A DNA stretch of 64,000 nucleotides. Source: Erysipelotrichaceae bacterium. Lineage in GTDB: Bacteria; Bacillota_I; Bacilli_A; RFN20; CAG-826. The translations under genes and the position numbers were made by a program. The notes beneath the pieces were generated by a model. The model saw only the letters and a program-made list of their open reading frames with translations, searched no databases and was not told the DNA's origin. This document shows positions 27,556 through 36,488 of this stretch, piece by piece (the first letter of the stretch is position 1; the number at the start of each line of letters is the position of its first letter). The stretch lies in NCBI GenBank assembly GCA_015058945.1, contig SVBF01000007.1, positions 2,230 through 66,229 on the forward strand. The letters run 5' to 3'.

Positions 27556-28071
27556 TTACTTGGTCCAGGTGAAGGTGGCGGTGGCGACGACGGTGATCTT
27601 GTAGACCTCGCTCTCAGAAACCGCCATTTCGAGGTTCATGGTGGTCTTGGATTCAACGACGTAGCCATTGTCATCGGTCTTGGCGTAGGTCTCGTGGTTG
27701 ACTTTCTGGCCGAGGACTTCTTGCGCTTCGGTGTAGGTGAACTCAAGGGCTTTGCCGTTGGCTTTGAACTTGGCGGCGTCTTCGGGAATCGCCTCGATCA
27801 CCGCGGCACTGACGCGGTTTTCGACGATCTCGGAGCCTTCGAAGTGCTGGGTCTGCTCCCCATCCTTGTACCCCTCTCTTATTTCGGCGGGGACGTTGTC
27901 GCTGAAGGTGGCTTTGCTGACCAACTTTCCATCACCGGACTTATAGACGACGTTGGCGGTGTCGTAGCCTTTGGCCATTTCGACGGCCTGGGCTTTGGTG
28001 ATGTCCTTCGCGCCGCAAGAAGCGAGAAGGGTCACAGCAGCAAGAGCGAGAACGGTTTTGCTGAGTCTCAT
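27556..28071 (-). CDS. lipoprotein, unknown function
   Basis: MRLSKTVLALAAVTLLASCG lipobox; RBS AAGGAG. Confidence 0.55.
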   Translation of the reverse strand: MRLSKTVLALAAVTLLASCGAKDITKAQAVEMAKGYDTANVVYKSGDGKLVSKATFSDNVPAEIREGYKDGEQTQHFEGSEIVENRVSAAVIEAIPEDAAKFKANGKALEFTYTEAQEVLGQKVNHETYAKTDDNGYVVESKTTMNLEMAVSESEVYKITVVATATFTWTK

Positions 28072-28204
28072 AGTTTTTTCTCCTTGCCGCCTCATTGCGA
28101 GTGCGGACTTTTATTAAAAATATTGTTAATAAATTGCCGGTCTTTTCAAGCCTTTTTCCCACAAGTGTACGAAGAAATAGGCACTTGTTATGCATTTTTT
28201 GTAG

Positions 28205-28231
28205 AACAAAAACCCTCTCATTTCGAGAGGG
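28205..28231 (-). terminator. intrinsic terminator after the reductase gene
   Basis: CCCTCTCGAAATGAGAGGG hairpin followed by UUUUUG on the minus strand. Confidence 0.45.
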
Positions 28232-28253
28232 CTGATGTTCAACGGGTCAACGG

Positions 28254-29429
28254 TTAGGCGATGTTGATTTTGATCTTGATATCGCTTAAGGGGTAGGTCG
28301 CGCAACTATGGACGTAGTTGAAGTCGATGTCGGCGTGACGGCGTCCGTCTCCGTTAGGGCAGACGAAGTATTCGCCCTGCAGCACCTTGACGCGGCAGAA
28401 GCCGCAGGCACCGGAACGGCAGGCGGTGTGGATCTTAAGCCCGGCACGCTCCAACGCGACGGCGAGAGGCTCGGTCGCTTTGGCGGGGATGACGGTCTCG
28501 TGGATGCCCTGCACGACGGTGAGGTTGAAGGTCTTGTCCGCCTTGTCTTTGGGGAATCCCTCAAAGACGGTGATGTCGCGGGCTTGTCCGAAGACTTCGA
28601 AACGGATGCGCCTCTCGGGGACTTTCAAGGCACTAAGCTCCTTGCGGACGAAGTCGTACATCACCTGCGGGCCGCAGACGAAGTAGGTCGTGTCCTCCGC
28701 GGAGTACTTCTTGATGAGCTCCGCGTTAAGGAAGCCCTTCTCCCCTTTCCACTTGGGGTTATCGCCGGAGAGGACATGGACGACGTGGACTTTTTCGCAG
28801 ACGCACTTATCGAGTTCCTCGCGGAGGATGATGTCCTTCTCGTCGACGGAACCGAAGAGGATCGTGAGGTCCATGTCGAGTTTGCCGAAGCGGATTTCCT
28901 TCGCCATGGAGACGAAGGGCGTGATGCCCGAACCGCCGGCCAAGGCCACGACGTGTTTGGCGTCGCGGATGTAATCGTAATGGAACTCACCAAGGCCGAC
29001 TTCGCCTTCGAATTCGTCGCCGACTTTGACGTTATCGTAGAGATAGTCCGCGACGAAGCCGTTGGCGCGGGGCTTGCGCACCGTGATCTCGACGATCGGG
29101 TTCTCGCCACGGGTCTGATACGGGGCGGAACTGATCGAATAGGGACGGGTCACGAGCGAATCGCCGATCTTGAGGCGAAGCGTGAGGAATTGTCCGGCGC
29201 GGAAGTAGGGAAGCTTCGGCGCGGAGAAAGTGATGGTGCGGGCGGTAGGCGAAGCGTCTTTGACCTCGGTCACCTTCAAAGTGAGGAAACCGGGGTGGAG
29301 CGCTTTGGCCACGGCGCCGATCGGATCGAAGGGCGCGGGTTTAGAAGAAGCCTGATCGTAGACTTCCTGGCGACGCTTGGTGACGCGCGAGGCGCCGCCG
29401 ACGTCTTTGAGGAATCCTTTGACTTTCAT
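28254..29429 (-). CDS. FAD/NAD(P)-binding ferredoxin-reductase-type oxidoreductase with C-terminal 2Fe-2S ferredoxin domain
   Basis: FNR-family flavin site RPYSISSAP, NAD-binding ALAGGSGITP, and plant-type 2Fe-2S cysteines CRSGACGFC...C; RBS AAGGAGG. Confidence 0.75.
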   Translation of the reverse strand: MKVKGFLKDVGGASRVTKRRQEVYDQASSKPAPFDPIGAVAKALHPGFLTLKVTEVKDASPTARTITFSAPKLPYFRAGQFLTLRLKIGDSLVTRPYSISSAPYQTRGENPIVEITVRKPRANGFVADYLYDNVKVGDEFEGEVGLGEFHYDYIRDAKHVVALAGGSGITPFVSMAKEIRFGKLDMDLTILFGSVDEKDIILREELDKCVCEKVHVVHVLSGDNPKWKGEKGFLNAELIKKYSAEDTTYFVCGPQVMYDFVRKELSALKVPERRIRFEVFGQARDITVFEGFPKDKADKTFNLTVVQGIHETVIPAKATEPLAVALERAGLKIHTACRSGACGFCRVKVLQGEYFVCPNGDGRRHADIDFNYVHSCATYPLSDIKIKINIA

Positions 29430-29430
29430 C

Positions 29431-31011
29431 TTATTTGCCCTCCTTTTCGTCTTCTTCCATCATGTCGAGGATGATCTTGGCGCCCTTGCGGCCGTTGGTG
29501 ACCGCGGGGCCCATGCCATCGCCGGAGATCTGGTGGGCGCCGGCGAAGGAAAGACCCTGAATGTAGTTTTCTTTCTCGCTCATCTGAAGCCTGGCGACGA
29601 TATGGTCGTCCATCGTGTGCATGTAGCCATAGATGGAGCCTTGGTAGGCGCCGGTGTAATGGGAGATGGTCGGCGGGGCTTCGACGATGAGTTCGAGGAT
29701 GTGGTCGCGAAGGCTGACGCCAAGACGCTTCGACTCGAGGTCGATGAAGTGGTTCGCGTTCTTGAGCTTGAGTTCCTCGTAGTTCTCCTCGGTGACGCCG
29801 AACCAACCCTCGGGACGCGGGAGCATGGTGATGGAGTAAATGCAGGTGCCTTTGGGCGAAGCCTCCGGGTTTGCGAGGTTGGTGCAGATCGAGGTGACGT
29901 AGTTATACGGTCCGGAAGTCGAGGCCTCTTTCCAGATGCGGTCGAGGTCCATGCCTTCCGCGGCATAGAAGGTCGAATAGTCCTTGATGCCGAGTTCCTC
30001 GGGGCTCTTGTCGAGGAGCATGACGACGGAGAAGCAAGTGACGCCGATTGTCTTGGCGTTGACGAACTTGATCGCGCCTTCGGGCACGGCCTCTTTGGGC
30101 TCGATCATCTGGGTGTAGGCCTTGTCCGGATAGCTGGAGCAGACGACGTAGCGCGCCTTGATTTCCTGCCCCTGGGCGGTGCGGACGCCTTCGACGTGGC
30201 CGTTTTTGACGAGGATTTTGTCCACGCGCTGGCCGAATTCGACCTGGGCGCCCATCTTGATCGCGGCTTCCGCCATCTTGAGGGACATCTCGTGGGAGAA
30301 CTTCCGCGGGACGTAGGAGCCATAGCCGAGGTAATCGGCCATGAGGACGGCCCAGACGGTGAAGGGGAGGTTCTCGAGGACGTCGCCGACGTAGATCCAA
30401 TAGGCGGCGAGGATGTCGACCGCCTCTTGGGGCAAGTCGAAGGTGTCGATGACCTCTTTGGCGCTATAGCCGGCGGTCTTGACGAATTCGGGATGCTTCA
30501 AAAGCATCTGTACTTTCGACATGTGGGTGACCGAGAGGATGTTGACCGAGTTATAGACGGTGTTGCAGAGGTTCAGCAAACGGAGGATCTTCTCATAGAG
30601 CTTGCCGTCTTTGTCGCCGCAGGCGTCCGCGATTTCCTTCGCGGGGGTCTCGAAGTTGCCGTGGTCGCCCGGATGGACGACGACGTCGGTTCCCTTGACG
30701 CCGTCGACGAAGCGATAGGCGTCTGGGACGCGGAGCCATTCGATGTCCACGCCCATCTCGTCGAAGAATTTGCGGATCTTAAGTGGGCATTCCTTCGGGC
30801 CGATGGACATCATCTCGTGGAGGGTGCCCTCGATCTCGATGCCACGACGGACGAAGGAGGTCGCGACGCCGCCGGGGAGGTTATGCTGCTCCAAGACGAG
30901 CACCTTCTTCCCCTTTTTGGCCAAGGTTAGGGCCGAGGCGAGGCCGGCTAAGGCGCCGCCGATGACGATAACGTCATACCTTTCATCAAAGTATTTGGGG
31001 TTTTCTGCCAT
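29431..31011 (-). CDS. phytoene-desaturase (CrtI) family FAD-dependent oxidoreductase
   Basis: Dinucleotide fold DVIVIGGALAGLASA and CrtI-like C-terminus GLSFAGAHQISGDGMGPAVTNGRKGA; starts 2 nt after the downstream reductase gene. Confidence 0.7.
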   Translation of the reverse strand: MAENPKYFDERYDVIVIGGALAGLASALTLAKKGKKVLVLEQHNLPGGVATSFVRRGIEIEGTLHEMMSIGPKECPLKIRKFFDEMGVDIEWLRVPDAYRFVDGVKGTDVVVHPGDHGNFETPAKEIADACGDKDGKLYEKILRLLNLCNTVYNSVNILSVTHMSKVQMLLKHPEFVKTAGYSAKEVIDTFDLPQEAVDILAAYWIYVGDVLENLPFTVWAVLMADYLGYGSYVPRKFSHEMSLKMAEAAIKMGAQVEFGQRVDKILVKNGHVEGVRTAQGQEIKARYVVCSSYPDKAYTQMIEPKEAVPEGAIKFVNAKTIGVTCFSVVMLLDKSPEELGIKDYSTFYAAEGMDLDRIWKEASTSGPYNYVTSICTNLANPEASPKGTCIYSITMLPRPEGWFGVTEENYEELKLKNANHFIDLESKRLGVSLRDHILELIVEAPPTISHYTGAYQGSIYGYMHTMDDHIVARLQMSEKENYIQGLSFAGAHQISGDGMGPAVTNGRKGAKIILDMMEEDEKEGK

Positions 31012-31027
31012 ATTCGCAGTCCTTTCT

Positions 31028-31059
31028 TAAGAAAGTCAAAGGGGATAGCGAGTATCCCC
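31028..31059 (-). terminator. intrinsic terminator / attenuator between the two flavoenzyme genes
   Basis: GGGGATACTCGCTATCCCC hairpin followed by UUUGACUUUCUU on the minus strand. Confidence 0.4.
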
Positions 31060-31078
31060 TTGATCGTATTGACGTGGA

Positions 31079-32503
31079 TTAGAAGAAGCGTTCGACGAGG
31101 TCGTGGGAGTATTCCACGGTTTCGTCCATGTCGCCGAAGGACATGATTTCGCCGGCGTAGTAGGTGTTGTTCTCACCCTGCATCGCCTCGACCTTCTCGT
31201 ACCAGCCGTTGGCGTAGTCCTCGGAGAAGACGTGCGGGAAGTAATAGGCCTGGAATTCGTAGATGATCTTGTCCTTGCCCTCTTCCTTGATCGGCGCGAT
31301 GCCGAGCTTGTTGAGGTCTTCGAGGACGGTCTTCTTGGTGGCCTCGTAATCGAGTTCGGGGCGAGCCTTGTACTGCTCGACGGTCTCCTTCTCGTCTTTG
31401 TGCTTACGGAGGACGTAGGAGACGAGCGGTTGATCGGGTTCATTGCCCCAGCGCATGTAGAAGACCATGCCGTGGCCGAGGGTCTCGGGGGTCATGTTGT
31501 CGACGACGTAGAAGGAGGCTTCCGGATAGTTCTCGGGCGCGGTGATGTAAGCCATCGTGTCGTAACGCTCGTAGTCGATCTTGGAGAAGAGTTCCCTCTC
31601 TTTGTCGGTGACGTCGAGGTAGGTGTCGAGGCCTTTGGCGACCGGGTTATTGATCTCGCCGACCTGAAGCGGGGCGGTGATGATGAGCTTGTCGAACTCC
31701 TCTTCTTTGCCGTTAACGGTGATGACCACCTTCTTGCCACGGACGATCTTGGTGATGTTGGAGTTGAGCAAGGCGGGGTGTTTGAGCTTGGCGTTGCAGG
31801 CCTCGTAGATGGATTGCGTGCCATCCTTCCAGGTCCAGAGGTTGACGTTGACGAAGTTCATCATGGTCTGGAAGTCGAGGTATTTCAGGACATAGGCGGC
31901 GGGGATTTCGTCGAAATAGCCGTAGCCGAAGGAGGTGAAGGGCTGGACCCAGATTTCCTGAACCAGCGGGACGCCGTTCATCTCGACGAACTTCTTGAAC
32001 GGAAGCGCGAGGTCCTTGAGGTTGGGGTTCTCACCCTTGACCGGTTCGCGACCCGGGGTGACCGCAAAGCCTTCATAACGGCCTTCGGAGACGCCGAGGT
32101 GGCCGCAGATGTCATAGCCTTTGTACTTGGTTTCGAGGATTTCGCCGAACTTCTTGATTTGCTTCTTGAGCTTGAGGAGGTGCGGGATGTTGAAGAGCTT
32201 CTTGTCAAAGCGATGGTCGACGCGGCCGTTGGGGAGGCGGTAGGTACGATGGAGGCGCGGTCCGTTATGGTCGACGCCACCGAAAAGCTCGACGTCATGG
32301 ACGGCGTAATAGGAAGGAACGCCCATGATGGCGCCCATCTCGTAACGCTTGCCGTTGTGGGTCGGCGAATGGCATTTGCCGCCGACGTGATCCGTCTTTT
32401 CGTAAATGACGTAGTTTTCGTACCCCTTCTTTTCAAGGTACATACCGGCGCTTAAACCAGCCGGGCCACCACCGATGATGGCGATGCGAATATTTTTTTC
32501 CAT
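31079..32503 (-). CDS. amine-oxidase/protoporphyrinogen-oxidase-like FAD-dependent oxidoreductase
   Basis: GxGxxG Rossmann IAIIGGGPAGLSAG; ~475 aa. Start placed at MEKNIRI; the N-terminal 64 aa of the track ORF are rejected. Confidence 0.6.
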   Translation of the reverse strand: MEKNIRIAIIGGGPAGLSAGMYLEKKGYENYVIYEKTDHVGGKCHSPTHNGKRYEMGAIMGVPSYYAVHDVELFGGVDHNGPRLHRTYRLPNGRVDHRFDKKLFNIPHLLKLKKQIKKFGEILETKYKGYDICGHLGVSEGRYEGFAVTPGREPVKGENPNLKDLALPFKKFVEMNGVPLVQEIWVQPFTSFGYGYFDEIPAAYVLKYLDFQTMMNFVNVNLWTWKDGTQSIYEACNAKLKHPALLNSNITKIVRGKKVVITVNGKEEEFDKLIITAPLQVGEINNPVAKGLDTYLDVTDKERELFSKIDYERYDTMAYITAPENYPEASFYVVDNMTPETLGHGMVFYMRWGNEPDQPLVSYVLRKHKDEKETVEQYKARPELDYEATKKTVLEDLNKLGIAPIKEEGKDKIIYEFQAYYFPHVFSEDYANGWYEKVEAMQGENNTYYAGEIMSFGDMDETVEYSHDLVERFF

Positions 32504-32587
32504 TATTCTTCCTTTCATGATCCTGGAAAATTGGTACAAATATTCTAGCGTTTGACCTAATATTTTTAAATAGGTAGACAAAAATCT

Positions 32588-33907
32588 ATGCCACGTTTCG
32601 CTTCGTTCCAGTCGATGCTTGAGTCGGTGGACCCAAGTCGCGTCTGTTTGGAATATGCCTCTTCCGGAGGCAAGAGTATTTTGACTTATGGTCAAGTGCT
32701 TGAGCAGATTAGGAATTATCCCCTACCTAGTGAGCATAGCGTCGGCGTTTTCGCCACCACTACCCCCGCCTCAATCGTCGCGTTGCTCGCGCTCATTGGG
32801 AAAAGGCGCGTCGTCTTGCTTAACCCCGAGGACAACGAGGGGGCTTTGGCGTTACAAATCGCCTCCGCTCACGTCGACCGTCTCCTCGGCGATGACGATG
32901 AACTCATCGCCTCTCTCACCCCACATCTTTATCATGGAAAACACGACGAGGATAACGATGTCCTTTTCTTCACTTCCGGCACCACCTCCAAAGCTAAGGC
33001 GGTCCAGTTAACCGAATCCTCGCTTTGCTCCGCCGCGTTTAACGGTGGTTCCTTGCTGCCTTTGTCCCCCGAGGACTCGATGCTTTGTTGCTTGCCTTTA
33101 TCCCATGTCTTCGGCTTCGTCTGTTCCTTCCTTTGGCCCCTAAGTTTCGGGGCGAAGATCTGTTTGGGTCGCGGGTTAAGAAGCATTTTCTTTGACTTCG
33201 ATTTCTATCGCCCCACCGTGGCTTCTCTCGTCCCCCAGATGGCGGGTTTCTTGGCCGCGAAACGTCTTTTTAACCCTGAGCTGAAACTGATCCTCATCGG
33301 GGCTGGCGATTGTCCCGACGCCATCCTTAGCCTAATCAAATCGCTCGGCATCCGCGTCAGTTTCGGCTATGGTCTAACCGAGTCGAGTTCCGGCATCGCG
33401 CTTTCTTTGGGAGACGATCCACGCGCGATGACGATCTGCCCCGATTATGAGGTGCATCTTGCGGATGATGGCGAGATCCTCGTCAAAAGCGAGACCACGT
33501 TGATGAAGGGCTATTACCTCGACCCGGAACACACGCGAGCCACGCTTAAGGACGGGTATCTCCATACCGGCGACTTAGGCAAAATCGTTGACGGCAAACT
33601 CTTCATCACCGGGAGAAAGAAAGAGATTCTTGTCTTCAACGACGGCAGCAAGCTCTTCCTTCCCGAATTCGAGCAGGAACTCGCCACGCGTCTAGGACCC
33701 GAAAGCGACTTCGCCTTGGTCCAGCGCAAAGACGGCACCGTCGCCCTCTACATATATCGGCCCGTCAACGTGGAGTCCATCGTCGATGAGTGGAACAAAG
33801 GTCTGTCTCTCTCCCACCGCGTCAACAAAATCGTCTACGCCCCCTCACCCCTGCCCCGCACCAAGACCAACAAAGTCCAACGCTATCTCATACCGACCAT
33901 CGAATAA
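32588..33907 (+). CDS. AMP-dependent synthetase/ligase (short adenylate-forming enzyme, acyl-ACP/acyl-CoA synthetase-like)
   Basis: AMP-binding motif FFTSGTTSKAKAV and core II YGLTESSSG; 439 aa. Confidence 0.75.
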   Translation: MPRFASFQSMLESVDPSRVCLEYASSGGKSILTYGQVLEQIRNYPLPSEHSVGVFATTTPASIVALLALIGKRRVVLLNPEDNEGALALQIASAHVDRLLGDDDELIASLTPHLYHGKHDEDNDVLFFTSGTTSKAKAVQLTESSLCSAAFNGGSLLPLSPEDSMLCCLPLSHVFGFVCSFLWPLSFGAKICLGRGLRSIFFDFDFYRPTVASLVPQMAGFLAAKRLFNPELKLILIGAGDCPDAILSLIKSLGIRVSFGYGLTESSSGIALSLGDDPRAMTICPDYEVHLADDGEILVKSETTLMKGYYLDPEHTRATLKDGYLHTGDLGKIVDGKLFITGRKKEILVFNDGSKLFLPEFEQELATRLGPESDFALVQRKDGTVALYIYRPVNVESIVDEWNKGLSLSHRVNKIVYAPSPLPRTKTNKVQRYLIPTIE

Positions 33908-33918
33908 GGAGTATTGAT

Positions 33919-34170
33919 ATGGAACGGAAAGAAATCGCAAAACAGGTCGTCGACCTCATCCGCGCGAACATGCCCGGATTCGAGAACATGGAAGTCGACG
34001 AGAACTCCCGCATCAACACCGAGCAGGGATTCGACTCCATGACCTTCGTCTACATCATGTGCAAAATCGAATCCATGTACGAGATTTCCATCCCCAAGAG
34101 GAAATGGGAGAAGATGGTTACCCTCGGCGATGTCCTTGACGCCATCGAGAAGGAGCTCGCCAAGAAATAA
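33919..34170 (+). CDS. acyl carrier protein (phosphopantetheine-binding)
   Basis: 83 aa with GFDSMTFV (DS* attachment-site motif); RBS AAGGAG. Confidence 0.7.
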   Translation: MERKEIAKQVVDLIRANMPGFENMEVDENSRINTEQGFDSMTFVYIMCKIESMYEISIPKRKWEKMVTLGDVLDAIEKELAKK

Positions 34171-34877
34171 TGGCCGGACCCATTTTCGTCAAAACCCTCA
34201 AACTCCGCGCAGAACACGTGGATTTTCGTCGCAAAATGCGTCCTTCCGTCTTGATGCGCCTCTTTCAGGAATGCTGCATCGCCCATACGGAAGAACTCGG
34301 CATGGGACGGAAGATGACCCTCGACCGCGGCTTTCTTTGGGTCATCACTTCCGAGCGCATCCAAATCGAGCGCATGCCTGAGTATGACGAAGAAATCACC
34401 CTGGAATGCTACCCTGGCCCGATGCTGCATTATTTCTTCCCGCGCAACCTCGTGGTCAAAGACGCGCAGGGTTCTACCCTCATCAAAGGCAACGCCATGT
34501 GGGCCCTCATCGATGAGAAGAGTCGCGCGATGATCGATCCCAAGGAACACGGCATCCACGTCGAAGGGCAAGACCTTCCCGGCCAGATCGCCCCGGCGAT
34601 GATGATTCCCACCCCCGCCCTATCTTTGGTCGCCAAAACCGAGGCGTCCTACTCGCTCGTGGACATAAACGGTCATCTCAACAACTGCTCCTACCTCGAC
34701 ATCGCGATGGATCTTTTTGACAAAGAAGACTTGTCCCGCGACATTACGGAAATCGCCCTCGTCTTTAAAAAAGAAATCCCGTTAGGCGAATCGTTCGACA
34801 TCTCCTATGGCAAAGAAAAAGAGGCGTATTACTTCGCCTCCAAAGACCGATTCTCGTTGAAGATATCCCTCCGTTAG
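34170..34877 (+). CDS. acyl-[acyl-carrier-protein] thioesterase (FatA/B-like hotdog)
   Basis: 235 aa. N-terminal pattern VDFRRKMRPSVLMRLFQECCIAHTEELG and C-terminal INGHLNNCSYLD are typical of bacterial acyl-ACP thioesterases. The start overlaps the ACP stop (TAATG). Confidence 0.65.
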   Translation: MAGPIFVKTLKLRAEHVDFRRKMRPSVLMRLFQECCIAHTEELGMGRKMTLDRGFLWVITSERIQIERMPEYDEEITLECYPGPMLHYFFPRNLVVKDAQGSTLIKGNAMWALIDEKSRAMIDPKEHGIHVEGQDLPGQIAPAMMIPTPALSLVAKTEASYSLVDINGHLNNCSYLDIAMDLFDKEDLSRDITEIALVFKKEIPLGESFDISYGKEKEAYYFASKDRFSLKISLR

Positions 34878-34906
34878 CCGATGCGTCAATCCGCGTCGGT
34901 TTTTTC
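34878..34906 (+). terminator. intrinsic terminator after thioesterase gene
   Basis: CCGATGCGTCAATCCGCGTCGG hairpin followed by TTTTTTC. Confidence 0.5.
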
Positions 34907-35058
34907 TTCGTTCGCATCGTCCTAGAAACAAATGTATCCAGACATAACCTCGCTCCTTTCGAAGCCTGTTTCTAATACATACAGGCGCCCGTGTTATAAC
35001 GCTGGCAAAAAAATCATTGAATTTAGGTTTTTTGATTGGTGATAATAGTTAGCCTGTT

Positions 35059-36462
35059 ATGGGATTAAGCTACAACATTTCTTTTTCCATCGCGGCCATG
35101 ATCATCGTGGTTCTATTGGTGATCGTCGTCTCGATGCAATATTCGCGGACGAACTTGGTCAACAAGCGCTTCCGCTATTTCCTCGTCGCGAGCATCGTGA
35201 TGTTCGCGCTCGACATCGGTACGGTCATCTCTAATGACCACGCGTCCGAATTGCCCGTCGCGGTCAATTTCATCCTAAACAGCCTTTACTTTTTTAGCGG
35301 TACCGTCGCGGCCATCCTCTTCTTCTACTACAACGTCTCCGTCGCGTTGAAGGATGAAGGCAAGAAAGTGAAGAAGGCCTTCTATATCACAAACCTTTCC
35401 GTCTTTGCCTTCTATGCCGTGACGCTTGTGCTCAACGGTTTCTTCCACTTTTACTTCCATTTCGACGGTGGCGCCTATACCCATGGCCCCGCCTATCTCG
35501 CCGTCAACGCCATCTCGGTCGGCTACATCATCGAATGTGTCGTCGTCTTTATCTGGAAGCATCGCAACTTCAACACCAAGCAAATCATCTCCAGCGTCTT
35601 GTTCTACGCCTGCTTTTTCCTGAGTTTCATCCTCCAACTCTTCGCCTTCCCCGACGTCCTCCTCTCCGATTTTGGCAGCGCCTTAGGCGCACTCATCGTC
35701 TTCTTCTCCATCGAAACCCCAGACTATGTGAAACTCGTCGCGACGCTCAACGAGCTCAACGAACTTAAGGCCTCGCTCGAAATCCAGGTCGCAAACCGCA
35801 CCGACGAACTCCACCGCGAAAAGAAATCCTATGAGGAACTCACGCTTGAGACCTTATCCTCCTTGGCCCACGTCATCGACGCCAAGGACCATTACACCGT
35901 CGGCCATTCCTTCCGCGTGGCCGCCTACGCAAAAGGCATCGCCGAGGAATTCGGCTTGCCCTACGCTGAGCGCGAGCGCATCTATTTCGCCGGACTCATC
36001 CATGACGTCGGCAAAATCGGTATCAACGAAGCCATCTTGACCAAACCCGGCAAGCTGGACCCGCACGAATACGCCATCATCCAATCCCATTCCTCCCTCG
36101 GCGGCGACATCCTCAAAGGTATCCGCGAGTTCCCCATCTTTGAGCAGGTCGCCCGCAGCCATCACGAACGTTACGACGGCACCGGTTACCCCGATAAGCT
36201 CAAAGGGGAGGACATTCCCTTTGCCGCCCGCATCGTCGCCGTCGCCGACGTCTTCGACGCGATGACCAGCGACCGTAGCTACCGCAAAGCCCTCGCCGAC
36301 GAAGTGGCCATCAAGGAACTCAAGGATTACTCGGGGACGCAATTCGACCCGCAGGCGGTTCAAGCGTTCCTGCGTTTACATTCCCGTTATCCCGATTCCA
36401 TCCGCAACCACATCGATGACCTCGCCGCGGAGATAAAAGAAAACAACGGTTACCACGATTAA
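35059..36462 (+). CDS. membrane-sensor HD-GYP domain protein (c-di-GMP phosphodiesterase class)
   Basis: About 7 TM N-terminal domain, then HD (HDVGKIG) and the HHERYDGTGYPD GYP motif. Confidence 0.8.
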   Translation: MGLSYNISFSIAAMIIVVLLVIVVSMQYSRTNLVNKRFRYFLVASIVMFALDIGTVISNDHASELPVAVNFILNSLYFFSGTVAAILFFYYNVSVALKDEGKKVKKAFYITNLSVFAFYAVTLVLNGFFHFYFHFDGGAYTHGPAYLAVNAISVGYIIECVVVFIWKHRNFNTKQIISSVLFYACFFLSFILQLFAFPDVLLSDFGSALGALIVFFSIETPDYVKLVATLNELNELKASLEIQVANRTDELHREKKSYEELTLETLSSLAHVIDAKDHYTVGHSFRVAAYAKGIAEEFGLPYAERERIYFAGLIHDVGKIGINEAILTKPGKLDPHEYAIIQSHSSLGGDILKGIREFPIFEQVARSHHERYDGTGYPDKLKGEDIPFAARIVAVADVFDAMTSDRSYRKALADEVAIKELKDYSGTQFDPQAVQAFLRLHSRYPDSIRNHIDDLAAEIKENNGYHD

Positions 36463-36488
36463 CCGCGCAAAAATCGAACGAAATCCCA

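Noticed and set aside
29377-30930. 517-aa plus-strand ORF antisense to the CrtI-like gene, with a 450-aa counterpart (31103-32455) antisense to the amine-oxidase-like gene
   Set aside because: V/D/G/A-rich low-complexity translations with no start context. The sense-strand genes have clear FAD-binding motifs.
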